A DNA stretch of 64,000 bases. Origin: Hypanus sabinus. Lineage: Eukaryota. The position numbers and the translations under genes were made by a program. The DNA lies in assembly GCF_030144855.1 (NCBI RefSeq), contig NC_082739.1:16182001-16246000 (forward strand), in the 5' to 3' direction. Under the pieces are notes generated by a model that saw only the letters and a program-made list of their open reading frames with translations, did not search any database and was not told the DNA's origin. Of the stretch, positions 1 to 12,324 are shown in pieces; within the stretch, counting starts at the first letter, position 1, and every line of letters begins with the position of its first letter.

Positions 1-135
1 GCTCCTACAGTCCAACACCCGTTCGGTACCTAAACTCCGTCTGATTAAGGCGCCTTTTCAAAACGGCTCCTTGCCCCTTCCGCCCCGCCGATGTCGTCAC
101 CCTGTGCACACTTCCGCCCCATTAACCTCGATTTC
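1..135 (-). promoter_or_regulatory. CpG-rich promoter-like segment, probably for a leftward gene outside the window
   Basis: CpG-rich in an otherwise CpG-depleted window; two CTTCCGCCCC (overlapping ETS/GC-box) motifs at 77-86 and 111-120. Confidence 0.45.
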
Positions 136-599
136 AGACCACGGAATACTGGAGTAACGCAATTTGCCGGGCAGCATCGGTGGCGGATCTCGGCCCGAAA
201 CGTCGACTATTTACTCTTTCCCATAGATGCTGCCTGGTCGGGAGTTACCCCAGCATTTTTTGTGTGTTGATTAGATTTCCAGCATCTGTAGATTTTCTCT
301 TGTTTGTGACCTTTTAAAAATATAGTTATCAAGGATCTGCACCACAAAATTTTGACGGTACTTCTAACAATATTTAGAAACTGATACGGAATAGAAGTGT
401 TGTATTTTATATAATACACATAAATATAAACTAACTGTTTAAAATGCTTTGAAAAAGAACAGAAAATGTTGTAACTATACATGCAAATTAGACTCTCTGT
501 AGAGAGAAAAACAGCATTTCAGGTGAATAGCTTTTCAAACCATGCATCTCTCCGCACGAAACTGCTTAACTTTGTTTTCAACATTTGCTGATGTTTTAG

Positions 600-1300
600 T
601 TCAAATTATCAAAGCACATATGTTAAATCCATTTTCTTGTAGGCATTTACAGAAAATAAAATCTAAACTAATTTACTGACAACTATACATAAAGACTGAC
701 AAACAACCGATGTGCAAAAGAGGACAAAGTGCAAGTAAAGGAAATAATACTGTACTGAGAACACGAGTTGTAGAGTCCTGGAGGTCAGAGTTGTGGTGAG
801 CAGTTATCCACACCAGTTCAGGAGCCTAATGGTTGTAGGGTAATAACTGTTCCTAAAGCTGGTGATGTGGGACCCAAGGCTTGTCTTCTGGTAGTAGCGA
901 GCCTGCATAGTGGGGATTTTTGATGATGGATGCAGCTTTCTCACGCAGCACTCCACAAAAATGTGTTCAATGGTGGGAAGGACTTTTCCTGTGATGGACT
1001 GAGCTATATCCACAACTTTCTGTAGTCTTTCCGTTCCTGGGTATTGGTGTTTTCCTGCAGTTAGGATATTCTCCACTGTGTATCTTTAGAAGTTTGTCAA
1101 AGTTTTTGCTGACAGCCAAATCTATGCAAACTTGAAAGAAAATAAAGGCACTATTGTGCCTTCTTTGTGAAAACGCTTATATCCTGGTCCCAGGACAGGT
1201 CGTCTGATATGATAACACCAAGGAATTTAAAGCTTCTGATCCTCTCCAACCTATGATATCCTAATGAGGATTGCTCATGGACCTCCAGCTTCTCCCTCCT
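600..1300 (-). mobile_element. Degraded Rex1/Babar-type LINE 3' fragment
   Basis: ORF 804..1076 (LQKVVDIAQSITG..LPTI, FRNSYYPTTIRLLN) matches the Rex1 ORF C-terminus seen in other copies in the window. Confidence 0.7.
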
Positions 1301-1609
1301 GTAGCCGATGATCAGCTCATCCTGATAAAGGGACTCAGCCCAAAAAGTTACCTGCCTGGCCTGCTGAGTTCCTCCAGCATTTTGTGTGTTAATCAGTTCT
1401 TTGATTTTGATTGGTATAGATATCTAACATCCACAAAATTATGCATTTGCATTTATTGAAAACTATTCCATTAAATATAATTGTACATTTAAAAAATAAC
1501 TACCAGTACTCACAGATAAAAGGCAGAGGATAATGGTTGAGGGGTGTTTCTGCAATTGGAAGTCTGTGTACCAGAGTCATGTTTGCTAGAGACACAAGAT
1601 ACTGTAGAT

Positions 1610-1972
1610 CATAGGTGTCAAACTCAAGGCCCGCAGACCATATCCGGCCCGGCGTACAATTATATCCGGCCCGTGAGATCATTTTAGATAGTTCTATTAT
1701 TTTAATTATTAATGGCCCAGCAATATGAAGCCTATGATTGTAAGTTAATCCCAATCATAAAAAGAATGCTTGCTCAGCAGTCTTCTTCATAAGAAACGGA
1801 ATTTGTGAAGTGAAACACTTTGTAGTTATAGCAGAGACTGAGACACATGAGAACAGGCTGAAAAAATGGAGGCAATGAAAGCTGCGTTCGCACGCGCCCG
1901 ACTGATCCGGCCTGCATGAAGCTGCATTTTGCCCAATCCGGCCCGTGACCTAAAATGAGTTTGACACCCCTG
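1610..1972. mobile_element. hAT (Charlie-like) MITE, 363 bp
   Basis: TIRs CATAGGTGTCAAACTCA / TGAGTTTGACACCCCTG; perfect 8-bp TSD CTGTAGAT at 1602-1609 and 1973-1980; repeated subterminal CCGGCCCG motifs. Confidence 0.9.
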
Positions 1973-2221
1973 CTGTAGATGGAGGAATCTGGAGCAAAAG
2001 AAAAACTGCTGGAGGAAATAGGCAGATCAAACAGCATCTAACCGAGCAAAGGAATGGCCTATGTTTCAGGTTGAGACCCTTCATCAGGACAGATTGTAGA
2101 GGGAAATGTCAGTATAAAGAAGGAGGGATCAGACAATGAGCCAAAGTAATGACCACCACAAAAACGTTGATGTTGTTAAATAAAGGAAAGCTTTTGGTTT
2201 CTTGATAATCTTAACAGAATA

Positions 2222-4190
2222 CATTGGGTCCAGGCTAGATCCTCAGAGATATTCACATCTAGGAACCTGAAATTTCTCACTCTTTCCACTTCTGATCCCC
2301 CCCAAGGACTGGTGTGTGTGTTCCCTTCTCTTACTGAAGTCCACAATCAGTTCTTTGGTCTTACTGATGTTGAGTGCAAAGTTGTTGCTATGACACCGCT
2401 TAATTAACTGGTATATCGCACTCCTGTATGCCCTCATATCACCATCTGAGATTCTGCCAACAACATTTGCATCATAAGCAAATTTATAGATGGCATTTGT
2501 GAAATACCTAGCCACTCTGTCATGGGCATAGAGAGAGTAGAGCAGTGGGCCAAGCACACACCCCTAAGTGCACCAGTGTTAATTGTCAGCAGGGTGGAGA
2601 TGGTGTTTGTGATCCACACAAAATATGTATATTGAACAGATTTTAAAAAGTGCAAAAAACAGAAATACTGTATATTAAAAAAAATGAGGTAGTGTCCAAG
2701 GGTTCAATATCCATTTAGGAATCAGATGGCAGAGGGGAAGAAGCTGTTCCTGAATCACTGAGTGTGTGCCTTCAGGCTTCTGTACCTCCTACCTAATGGT
2801 AACAGTGAGAAAAGGGCATGTCCTGGGTGTTGGAGGTCCTTAGTAATGGACGATGACCTTCTGAGACACCACTCCCTAAAGATGCCCTGCGTACTTTGTA
2901 GGCTAGTACCCAAGATGGAGCCGACTAAATTTACAACCCTCTGCAGCTTCTTTCGGTCCTGTGCAGTAACCACTCCCCACTCCATACCAGATAGTAATGC
3001 AGCCTGTCAGAATGCTCTCCACGGTACATCTATAGAAGGTTTTGAGTGTATTTATTGACATACCAAATCTCTTCAAACTGCTAATGAAGTATAATCGCTA
3101 TCTTGCTTTCTTTATAAGTGCATTGATATGCTGAGAACAGGTTAGGTCTTCAGAGATCTTGACACTTAGGAACTTGAAACTGCTCACTCTCTGCACTTCT
3201 GATCCCTCTATGAGGATTGGTATGTGTTCCTTCGTCTTACCCTTCCTGATGTCCACAATCAGTTCTTTCATCTTACTGACATTGAGTGCCAGGTTGTTGC
3301 TGCGACACCTCTCCACTAGTTGGCATATCTTGCTCCAGTACACCCTCTCATCACCATCTGAAACTCTACCAACTATGGTTGTATCATCAGCAAATTTATA
3401 GATGGTATTTGAGCTATGCCTAGCCACACAGTCATGGGTATAGAGAGAGTAGAGCAGTGGGCTAAGCACACACCCCTGAGGTGCGCCAGTGTTGATTGTC
3501 AGCGAGGAGGAGATGTTATCACCAATCCCCACAGATTATGGTCTTCTGGTTGGGAAGTCAGGGAACCAATTGCAGAGGGAGGTACAGAGGCCCAGGTTCT
3601 GCAAATTCTCAATCGATTGTGGGAATGATAGTATTAAATGCTGAGCTATAGTCGATGAACAGCATCCTGACGCATGTGTTTGTATTGTCCAGGTGATGTA
3701 AAGCCGTGTGAAGAGCCATTGAGATTGCATCTGCCGTTGACCTGTTGTGGCGATAGGCAAATTGCAATGGGTTCAGATCCTTAATGAGGCAAGATTTCAG
3801 TCTAGTCATGACCAACCTCTCAAAGCATTTCATCTCTGTAGATGTCAGTGCTACCAGGCGATAGTTATTAAGGCAGCTCACATTATTCTGCTTAGGCACT
3901 GGTATAATTGTTGCTTTTTTTGAAGCAAGTGGGAACTTCTGCCCGTAGCAGTGAGAGGTTGAAAATATCCTTGAAAACTCCTGCCACTTGGTTGGCACAG
4001 GTTTTCAGAGCCTTACCAGGTACTGCATGGTAAGACCTTCCAAATTGCGAGGGTCCATTCTCACTCTCTTTAAAGACAGCCTAACATCAGCCTCTGAGAC
4101 GGAGATCACAGGGTCACTGGGTGCAGCAGGGATCTTCACAGCTGTAGTTGTTTTCTCCCTTTCAAAGCGGGCAGAGAAGGCGTTGAGGGC
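2222..4190 (-). mobile_element. Rex1/Babar LINE fragments (two adjacent copies), frameshifted RT
   Basis: Translations [64 protein letters not shown]. Confidence 0.9.
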
Positions 4191-4463
4191 ACTGATTTTT
4201 TTTTTTAGCTGATTGAACAGCCAGCATCAACGTATAAAAGACAAGTCATGTTTACTGAACCAAAGAAGCTTTTATTCTAAAATTTAAAAAAGAGAACTGT
4301 AAATAGTACATAGAGAAACATTTACTTGTATGGACTTCCAGTCAATTGAGCTCATCTTAAAGACAAAATTAGCAAAAACCCAAGCTCATGGAATTGTAGC
4401 CAAATCAGTGATGCCTGGATATTAACTGAGCTGAATACCTAAAGAAGGAATAACATGCAAGTA

Positions 4464-5359
4464 CAGTTGGCCCTCCTTATCCGCGAGCGATTGGTTCCGG
4501 GATCCCTCGCAGATACCAAAAAACGCGGATGCTCAAGTCCCTTATTCAAACTGTCTCAATGCAGTGGACCTTAGGACCCAGCGGAACCCCAGACCTTATT
4601 TAACCTGTCTCAGTGCAGTGGACATTAGGACCTGGCGGTCAAGCTCTGAATGCACAGTGTTTCTGTTAATGAAAATAATCACGTTCGTGATTAAAAATAA
4701 AGTGGAAATAATAAAGCAATCGGAAAGAAGTGAAACGCCATCGGTCATTGGAAAAGCGTTAGGCTACAGTCGGTCAACGATCGGAACAATTTTAAAGGAT
4801 AAAGTGAGAAAGGCTCTGCCCCGATGAAAGCTGCAATTATTACTAAGCAAAATAGTGGTTTATATATTGGGTTTGGGGTTTTTGATCCCCCATATCAACC
4901 AGGCCCATTAGGAGAGCACGCTCGGAAATGGTCTGTCACTGGATCGAACTTGGGAACTTTCCAAGTCCGGCGCTGAAACAGTGTTTTATATGCATAGAAA
5001 GGTAAAATATATACTATATACTAAGACAAACGTTTGACTAACTGACACTAAATAAAACCGGATGTACCTGTTCCAACTTACATAGTAAGAGAACTTCCAA
5101 TTTTTTTTCANNNNNNNNNNNNNNNNNNNNNNNNNNNNNNNNNNNNNNNNNNNNNNNNNNNNNNNNNNNNNNNNNNNNNNNNNNNNNNNNNNNNNNNNNN
5201 NNNNNNNNNNNNNNNNNNNNNNNNNNNNNNNNNNNNNNNNNNNNNNNNNNNNNNNNNNNNNNNNGAACAACAAGTGCTGGAAGAGCATTTCTGGGTTTTC
5301 TCAATTCACAGTTGGTTGAATTCGCGCATGCAGAACTCACAGATAAGGAGGGCCAAATG
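4464..5359 (+). mobile_element. Tigger/pogo internally deleted DNA transposon
   Basis: TIRs CAGTTGGCCCTCCTTATC / GATAAGGAGGGCCAAATG flanked by TA (4462-63, 5360-61); remnant of CENP-B-type N-terminal HTH (KVEIIKQSERSETPSVIGKALGYSRSTIGTILKDK); spans the N gap. Confidence 0.85.
5111..5264. other. Assembly gap (154 N)
   Basis: Run of n characters. Confidence 1.
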
Positions 5360-6242
5360 TACTCTAATTGACAAGCTATTAACCGGTAACATCCCATAGC
5401 AACCTGTATTGTGCTCTAAATATCTTTTATTGTTTATGAACAACTTTGTGTGGCAAGATAACATTAAGATAAAACAATTTTTAAAAGTTATCCACATTCA
5501 AGTTTGCTGATACCACAAAGATAATCAACACATGGAATACAAATATTAATGACACTTTTACAAATAAATTGGAACGGAAAATTGCATATTGTTCCTTAGG
5601 TCAAGGAAGCCAAAATACATTATTTTTTATAATATATTATATAACATATATAATACATTATTAGCCAAAAAATTAGAGCTATACATAATCCATGATATCA
5701 TAATCTCATATCCTGCTGCCCCTGTGTATTGACCTTCAGAAATCCAGTTTATTATCACTGTCTTCTATGATGTGAAATTTGTTGTTTTGCTGCAGCTATA
5801 AATTGCAAAGACAAAACTACCATAAATTACAAAATAAATAGTGCAAAAAAAAAGGTCATGTTCCCACACCATTCTGAAATCTGATGGCGAAGTGGAAGAA
5901 ACTGTTTCTGAATTGTTGAGTGAGGGTCTTCAGGCTCCTATACCTCTTCCCCGATGGTAGTAACGAGAAGAAAGCATGTCCTGGATGCTGAGGGTCTTTA
6001 TAGTGAAGCCCTGTACCTTCTTAAGGCACTGCCTCTTGAAGATGTCCTCAATGGTGGTGAGGCTTGTGGTCGTGATGAATCTTCTAGATCTATAGCGCCA
6101 AAATAGCTACCCATTAAATGAGTCTTTCTAGACAGAAGAATGATTTCATATCAGAAGATGCACAGTAACAGATTTCAGTCATTTTGTCAATCCAACAATA
6201 TTAATCTACCCAAACTGTACACCTGGATTTAGAACAAATGAA

Positions 6243-7790
6243 CATAGAACACAGAATAGTATAGCACAGTACAGGCCCTTCAGCCCACAATGTTGTGCCG
6301 ACCCTTAAACCCTGCCTCCCATATAACCCCCCCACCTTAAATTCCTCCATATACCTGTCTAATAGTCTCTTAAATTTCACGAGTGTATCTGCCTCCACCA
6401 CAGACTCAAGCAGTGCATTCCATGCACCAACCACTCTGTGAGTTAAAAACCTTCTTCTAATATCCCCCTTGAACTTCCCACCCCTTACCTTAAAGCCATG
6501 TCCACTTGTATTGAGCAGTGGTGCCCTGGGGAAGAGGCGCTGGCTGTCCATTCTATCTATTCCTCTTAACATCTTGTATACCTCTAACCTGTCTCCTCTC
6601 ATCCTCCTCTCCAGAGAGTAAAACCCTAGCTCCCTTAATCTCTGATCATAATGCATACTCTCTAAACCAGGCAGCATCCTGGTAAATCTTTTCTGTACCC
6701 TTTCCAATGCTTCTACATCCTTCCTATAGTGAAGCGACCAGAACTGGACACAGTACTCCAAGTATGGCCTAACTAGAGTTTTATAGAGCTGCATTATTAC
6801 ATCATGACTCTTAAACTCTATCCCTCGACACGTGCCCCCAGATCCCTCTGCTCCTCCACACTCCCAAGTATCCTGCCATTTACTTATGTACTCTGTCTTG
6901 GAGTTTGTCCTTCCAAAGTGTACCACCTCACACTTCTCCGGGTTGACCTCCATCTGCCACTTCTCAGCCCATTTCTGCATCCTATCAATATTTCTCTGCA
7001 ATCTTTGACAATCCTCCACACTATCCACAACACAACCAACCTTTGTGTCCTCTGCAAACTTGCCAACCCACCCTTCTACCCCCACATCCAGGTCATTAAT
7101 AAAAATCACGAAAACATCCAATCCTTATGGGACACCACTGGTCACAACCCTCCAATCCGAATGTACTCCCTCTGCAGGCAAGCCAATTCTGAATCCACCT
7201 GGCCAAACTTCCCTGGATCCCATGCCTTCTGACTTTCTGAATAAGCCTACCGTGTGGAACCTTATCAAATGCCTTACTAAAATCCATGTAGATCACATCC
7301 ACTGCACTACCCTCATCTATATGCCTGGTCATCTCCTCAACGAACTCTATCAGGCTTATTAGGCACAATCTGCCCTTCACAAAGCCATGCTGGCTGGCTG
7401 TCCCTGATCAGACTATGATTTTCTAAATGTCCATAGATCCTATCTCTAAGAATCTTTTCCAACAGCTTTCCCACCACAGACATAAGGCTCACTGGTCTAT
7501 AATTACCCAGACTATCCCTACTACCTTTTTTGAACAAGGGGACAACATTTGCCTTCTTCCAATCCATCAGTACCATTCCCGTGGACAACAAGGACATAAA
7601 GATCCTAGCCAGAGGCTCAGTAATCTCTTCCCTCGCCTCGTGGAGCAGCCTGGGGAATATTCCATCAGGCCCCGTGTACTTATCAGTCCTAACGTATTTT
7701 AACAACTCCAACACCTCCTCTCCCTTAATATCAACATGCTCCAGAACTTCAACCTCACTCATATTATCCTCACCGTCATCAGGTTCCCTT
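6243..7790 (-). mobile_element. CR1 LINE, 5'-truncated, RT domain and 3' tail
   Basis: GNYRPVSLMSVVGKLLE, YMDFSKAFDKVPH, KFAEDTK, LVRPYLEYCVQFWS; TTCTATG/TTCTGTG-like tail at left end. Confidence 0.92.
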
Positions 7791-8044
7791 CTGTTATTGG
7801 AAACTTATTCATACTTTGTAGTTTGCTCCCAATGCAACTCATCAAATAATACCAACACTGCAGAGAACCATGAAGACAAGAAAGGCTTTGGTTTGTCCCT
7901 CAGTCTAATAACTTAATTAAAATATATCAGCAAAGAGATAATACACATTATCAGTGAATTAGTTAGTAAGAAGAAACTAAGTCTCATCTACTACTTTTGA
8001 ACTCCAATAGCTTAAATGCCAAGAGTGACTAGCCTACATCTCAT

Positions 8045-9360
8045 CCCTGGTTAAATAGTCTGGAGCGGGTCAGTGATGACTCTCAACAGAGACAGTCAGC
8101 AGCCAGATCGGCGGCATTCAGACCCTCTTCAGTGTCACTCTTTATCGAAGGACTGTGTTCATGCGGCCGCTCTCCTCATATGCAGACGAAAAGACATGTA
8201 AAGGGGGTTTCTTCTTTTTTTCTTTGTTACTGTTGGGAAAGGGTTTCTTTGTTTTGTTAAAAGCAGGAATGTTTCTTTGTTGCGAGAGAGTGCTGGAAGC
8301 TTGTTTACAGGAATGTTTCTTTGTTGCGAGAGAGTGCTGGAAGCTTGTTTGTTAAAATTTACTGATAACGAGAATTGTATTCCTTTGTAAACCAAATGGG
8401 GATTAATGTTCTTTCTTCTGAGTCTGTAAGCTTTTGTTGATGGGTTTTTGGGGAGATCGGCGCGAGGGGGTCGAGAGAGAGGACGCAATGCTGTAAGCTG
8501 GGCGAGGATCGGACCCCAAGCGGGGGTCCGAGGCTGAGAGATACTCCGAGGAGGGGGGATGAAGCTAGATGTGCTTGGTTGACCACTCGGGGGGTCCTGA
8601 GCTGCGAGTCGAGGAGTTCGGAGGGGATCAAATGGTGGCCAGAAGACTTCAGTAATTGAGCTCCAACGGTTGTGCACGAAGTGGTTTGGACTTTGATAAG
8701 TTTGGCGCCTTTATTTTTTTTTCTTCATATATACTGTATCGTTATTAATCATTTAGTTATAGTAACCTTTATAAATTGTACTCATTTAATTGCATATGGT
8801 GTACTGTCTGTTTTTGGGCGAGGCGGGGACATCACACAGCATCCACACCAGCTGATTACCCAGTTTGGCGGGGCCGAAGGCTGCTCCCCTAGACGAGAAC
8901 GAGCTGAGCCAGCCTGAGGCGACCCAGGGGGTTACAGACATTTCCCATATTCTGAGATTTATGTGATTATTGGACTGTTTACTACAATTTTTCAGTGTTT
9001 TCTTTCTTGTGGATGATCTTTTACTATTTTGTATGTGGTGGGAGGGTTGGGGGTTTGGTGCTACTGTCGCTGTTCTTTTTTGCGAGTGAGGGAGTTGGGG
9101 ATTATTACGTGAAAGAGGTTGTTGATTGTTATTGTGCCTGTTTTTTGCTGTGAGTGAAGGGAGATAGTTTGCGGTCTGCGACTTTTGTTTATTTCTTTTC
9201 CATACCGGTTGGTGGGAGGGGGTGGGGGTGTGGGGTAGATGTCTTTTCTTTCATCGACATCCATGGTCTTTCTGTATTTAATGGTTATCTAAAGTCGACA
9301 AATATCAGAGTTGTATTACGCAGGGACACTTCAACAATAAGGTGAACCTTTGAACTTTTT
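8045..9360 (+). mobile_element. Non-autonomous retroposon with Rex1-like 3' tail, interrupted by a solo LTR
   Basis: 3' end (…TCAGAGTTGTATT…CAATAAGGTGAACCTTTGAAC) resembles the tails at 26120-26195 and 61690-61758. Confidence 0.5.
8154..8936. mobile_element. Solo LTR, 783 bp, ERV-like
   Basis: TG...CA termini (TGTGTTC…GGGGGTTACA), GAC on both flanks, CpG-rich, internal 44-bp-period duplication at 8264-8350. Confidence 0.7.
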
Positions 9361-10299
9361 AGTCTGCAATATCAAGGTTCAATTGTTGAAAAAAGCATCA
9401 GTAGGCAACAAAAGTTGTCTCAACCAGAGCTAAGCATACTCATTATACTCAAAGCTTGACAATCTAAAGACATGAAAGCAGGATTCGGAGTTTTAGCATA
9501 AGTACGGCAGGGGATAAGTGTGACAGAAAAGGGATTAATGGAATTGATCTAAAAGTCAACATGGATTCGACTCTCGTTCTACATGACTGTTGCTCCAGAT
9601 TCCATCATCTCTAATCTCTTGAGTCTTCACAGATTTAATGAGTCCAATGGCATTAAATAATCAGAAAACCTCAAACATTTTTCCACCACCAGAATCACCA
9701 CTATAAATCGTTGGACGTCCACACTTAACTGGACAGATATTTCGTTGGTGATATCACTATATCTCCAGGTCCTTGAGGTGGAGGGACATGGTCTGATCGG
9801 CGATGAGGTACCGAATAAAGCGGTACAAAAGTCCTGGCCCAGGAACTCCCTGAATACTTGACAATGTAAAAAGCTACCATTTTGCCTCTCTCAAAACTGT
9901 TGTGAATTTTCAGTTTCAGAACATTTTTATTTAAACACACAAAATGATCATGGAAACGTTAATAGTGAAAAAGAATAAGTAATCTTTCACATCCCCTTAC
10001 CGGTGGTGCTGCCACGTTCTCAATTCTACCTCTCGATTATTCACTTTAGCATTTCTTTTAGCGCTACTTCAAAATGCACCATTCTGTTCTTTTGCGCTTG
10101 ATGCTGCATACATTTTTACCAAGTAGTCTCTTTACTCTGTAAGCTTCACATGAACAAGGAATTTTAATACACCCTGCTGTATATGAAAATAAACTAATTA
10201 GAATCAGATTTAATATATCGACATATGTCGTGAAATCATTTGTATATAATCATTAAAATATTAAGGTAAAGCAATTTTTTTAAACTTACCTCGCAGTGG

Positions 10300-11106
10300 A
10301 CCTCCAAATCTGCTGATCGAGAATCCGCTTTAAATCAACGAGTCTCGGTTCTCTTCGGATCTGATAGACAATTCTCCGACATGACCGTGCGATTTGAGGA
10401 ATGGCTAATTCCAATGCGGAGAACAAACTGATGGAGACAGCCGCCCATCTCGATCAGCCAGTGTATGGTGGATAGATAGTACAGGCACATCAAGTACAGA
10501 ACGGACGGGCCTGTGATTACTCTGCACACGCAGAGAGACTTCACCGCTAACGTGAAGGAATGCGACGGCAGCAACATGTCTCACGGTGCAACAGACCAGA
10601 GACAACCCACTAGCCATATTAGCCTAATTTAATTTAATAGGCATTGACGTTAAACAGCATGCATCATTTTTAAAAGACATGCTGACAACAACCTGTCCGC
10701 ATCTTTCTAATTTGGTGGGTGACAGAAATCCAGTCACACACCAATGGGCTAACGTCGTAAAGCCACATGCTTTTATGATACGCTTTGCGACAGTGGATGA
10801 GGCCTGTTGATAGACGCGCGGGAGCCGATTGGCGACGCCGGGTTCAGGCTCATGTTGATGTTGCGTGGTTTCAGGGCTGGCCTTAAAGCCGAGTCTCTGT
10901 GCTCTGTGGCTGTGTTCTGGTCTTGGAGGGGTAGTCATTTTGCTAATTGCTTGTTCGGTAGCTTCACGCCTTCTGTCGGCCGCCCGTTTCTAGCTTCCCT
11001 ACAGCCCGTATTCCGTTCGAGTCCTGCAGCGTTGTTGATGCCTCGGCGTCTCACCACCGTGGAAGCACAAGATATGGCAAAGAGAATAGTCTGGGTAGAT
11101 TTAGAG
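10300..11106. promoter_or_regulatory. REXO2 CpG island/promoter, possibly bidirectional
   Basis: CpG-rich; CCAAT at 10741-45, reverse CCAAT (ATTGG) at 10828-32; no TATA. Confidence 0.7.
10852..11106 (+). CDS. REXO2: Oligoribonuclease REXO2, coding exon 1 (presequence plus ExoI WVDLE)
   Basis: MLMLRGFR…DMAKRIVWVDLE then GTAATT donor; matches human MAQRMVWVDLE; choice of start ATG is inferred. Confidence 0.9.
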
Positions 11107-12142
11107 GTAATTTGTCTTACTGTACGAACAATTCTTTAGTAGTCTATCATTCCCCTATTAATGAATCTAGAGAACGGAAAGTGTCGTCATTCACTTGTTT
11201 CATAATTTGCAAAAAAAAATCAAGGAGCTCTCTAGTAGTAGTTAATGCTGCTTTTCATGAATTATCCTGAGCTTTAAATGGGTCAGATTCCGATAAATGT
11301 ATTTATTTGCCTTCCTTGTTTTTACTTATATTTTTAATTTTAATTACGCGGAAGTTAGCTTTTTTGTGGAAGCAAGTAAATAATGAAGTAGAATATTGTG
11401 TGAAATTGTTTGGTTTCCCCTTGTCGCAGCGTCAAATTATAATTTAATTACTGACATGTTTTAAATATGTTGACACATGGGTTCAATTCAACAGGAATTA
11501 AAGTTAGGAGGATGGTTATGTTTGGTGTTCCTGCATATGTAATATGCCAAGGGATGATGCTAATTCTCAGGGTTTATTTCCACTGCTGGTGAGCTTGTTG
11601 ATTTGAAGTAGGTGGTGAATGATTTGAACAATTGGAATATGACATTGGATTAAAAGAGAGCTAAAACTCATGGTTCCGGGTACCTGGCTAAGTTAGTGGT
11701 GTACATAAAAAGGAAATGTGAAATTTGAAAATGATCTCTATGCAATGTGTGTGCTGGGTGTTGTATAATTGAATAATAATTTCACTTTGTGCATTTTATG
11801 CTTAATTTCATCCACGTGTATTAATGCTGCAAGGAATGTTAATGGCCAAAGCAATGCTGGAGGAATTCTGCAGGCCAGGCAATGTCTATGGAAAAGGAAC
11901 ATGGTCGATGTTTTGGGCTGAGACCCTTCAGCAGGACCAAAAATTTCATGGATTTTTTTTCCCTCATGCTTGTGTTTTTCAAGAAAATGATAAACCGAAC
12001 CAAGTTATTCTATGCTATCGAAGGAGCTTTATACTTTCAAAAATGCTGTCAAAGGTAGTGTGTTGTAGGATTACGCCTTTACTGTCAGTCTAATCTAAAG
12101 TTACACTATGGTCTGAACATTTTCCTTTTTCTTTCTAAATAG

Positions 12143-12226
12143 ATGACTGGATTGGATATAGAGAAAGATAAAATCATAGAAATGGCTTGCATTATAACTG
12201 ATGCAGAATTGAATATATTAGCTGAG
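12143..12226 (+). CDS. REXO2: REXO2 exon 2
   Basis: AG|[28 protein letters not shown]|GTAAGG, 84 nt. Confidence 0.97.
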
Positions 12227-12324
12227 GTAAGGTACCTTCAATTTTTGAAAAGATTCACCTATTGTTAAATGTTATTGAAATTTATTTCTGTTAAATTTAC
12301 ATGTGAATCTCTATTTCTTCTCAG

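Noticed and set aside
4986-5397. ORFs containing X runs
   Set aside because: They span the assembly gap
6201-7121. Longest ORF (306 aa) as a host or domesticated gene
   Set aside because: CR1 RT fragment with an internal deletion, a frame-shifted segment and a mutated catalytic motif (FAED)
8159-8917. ORFs of 66-172 aa within the solo LTR
   Set aside because: GC-rich LTR sequence with no recognisable domain
9725-9880. Resemblance of the 51-aa ORF to the NDUFA3 C-terminus (KYS…Y.VP.R…VP…PQGP)
   Set aside because: Needs several gaps and lacks the transmembrane N-terminus; likely chance unless an HMM search is significant
10290-10577. In-frame TGA read-through (selenoprotein) from the 80-aa minus ORF into the donor at 10290
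   Set aside because: No recognisable homology, redox motif or SECIS element
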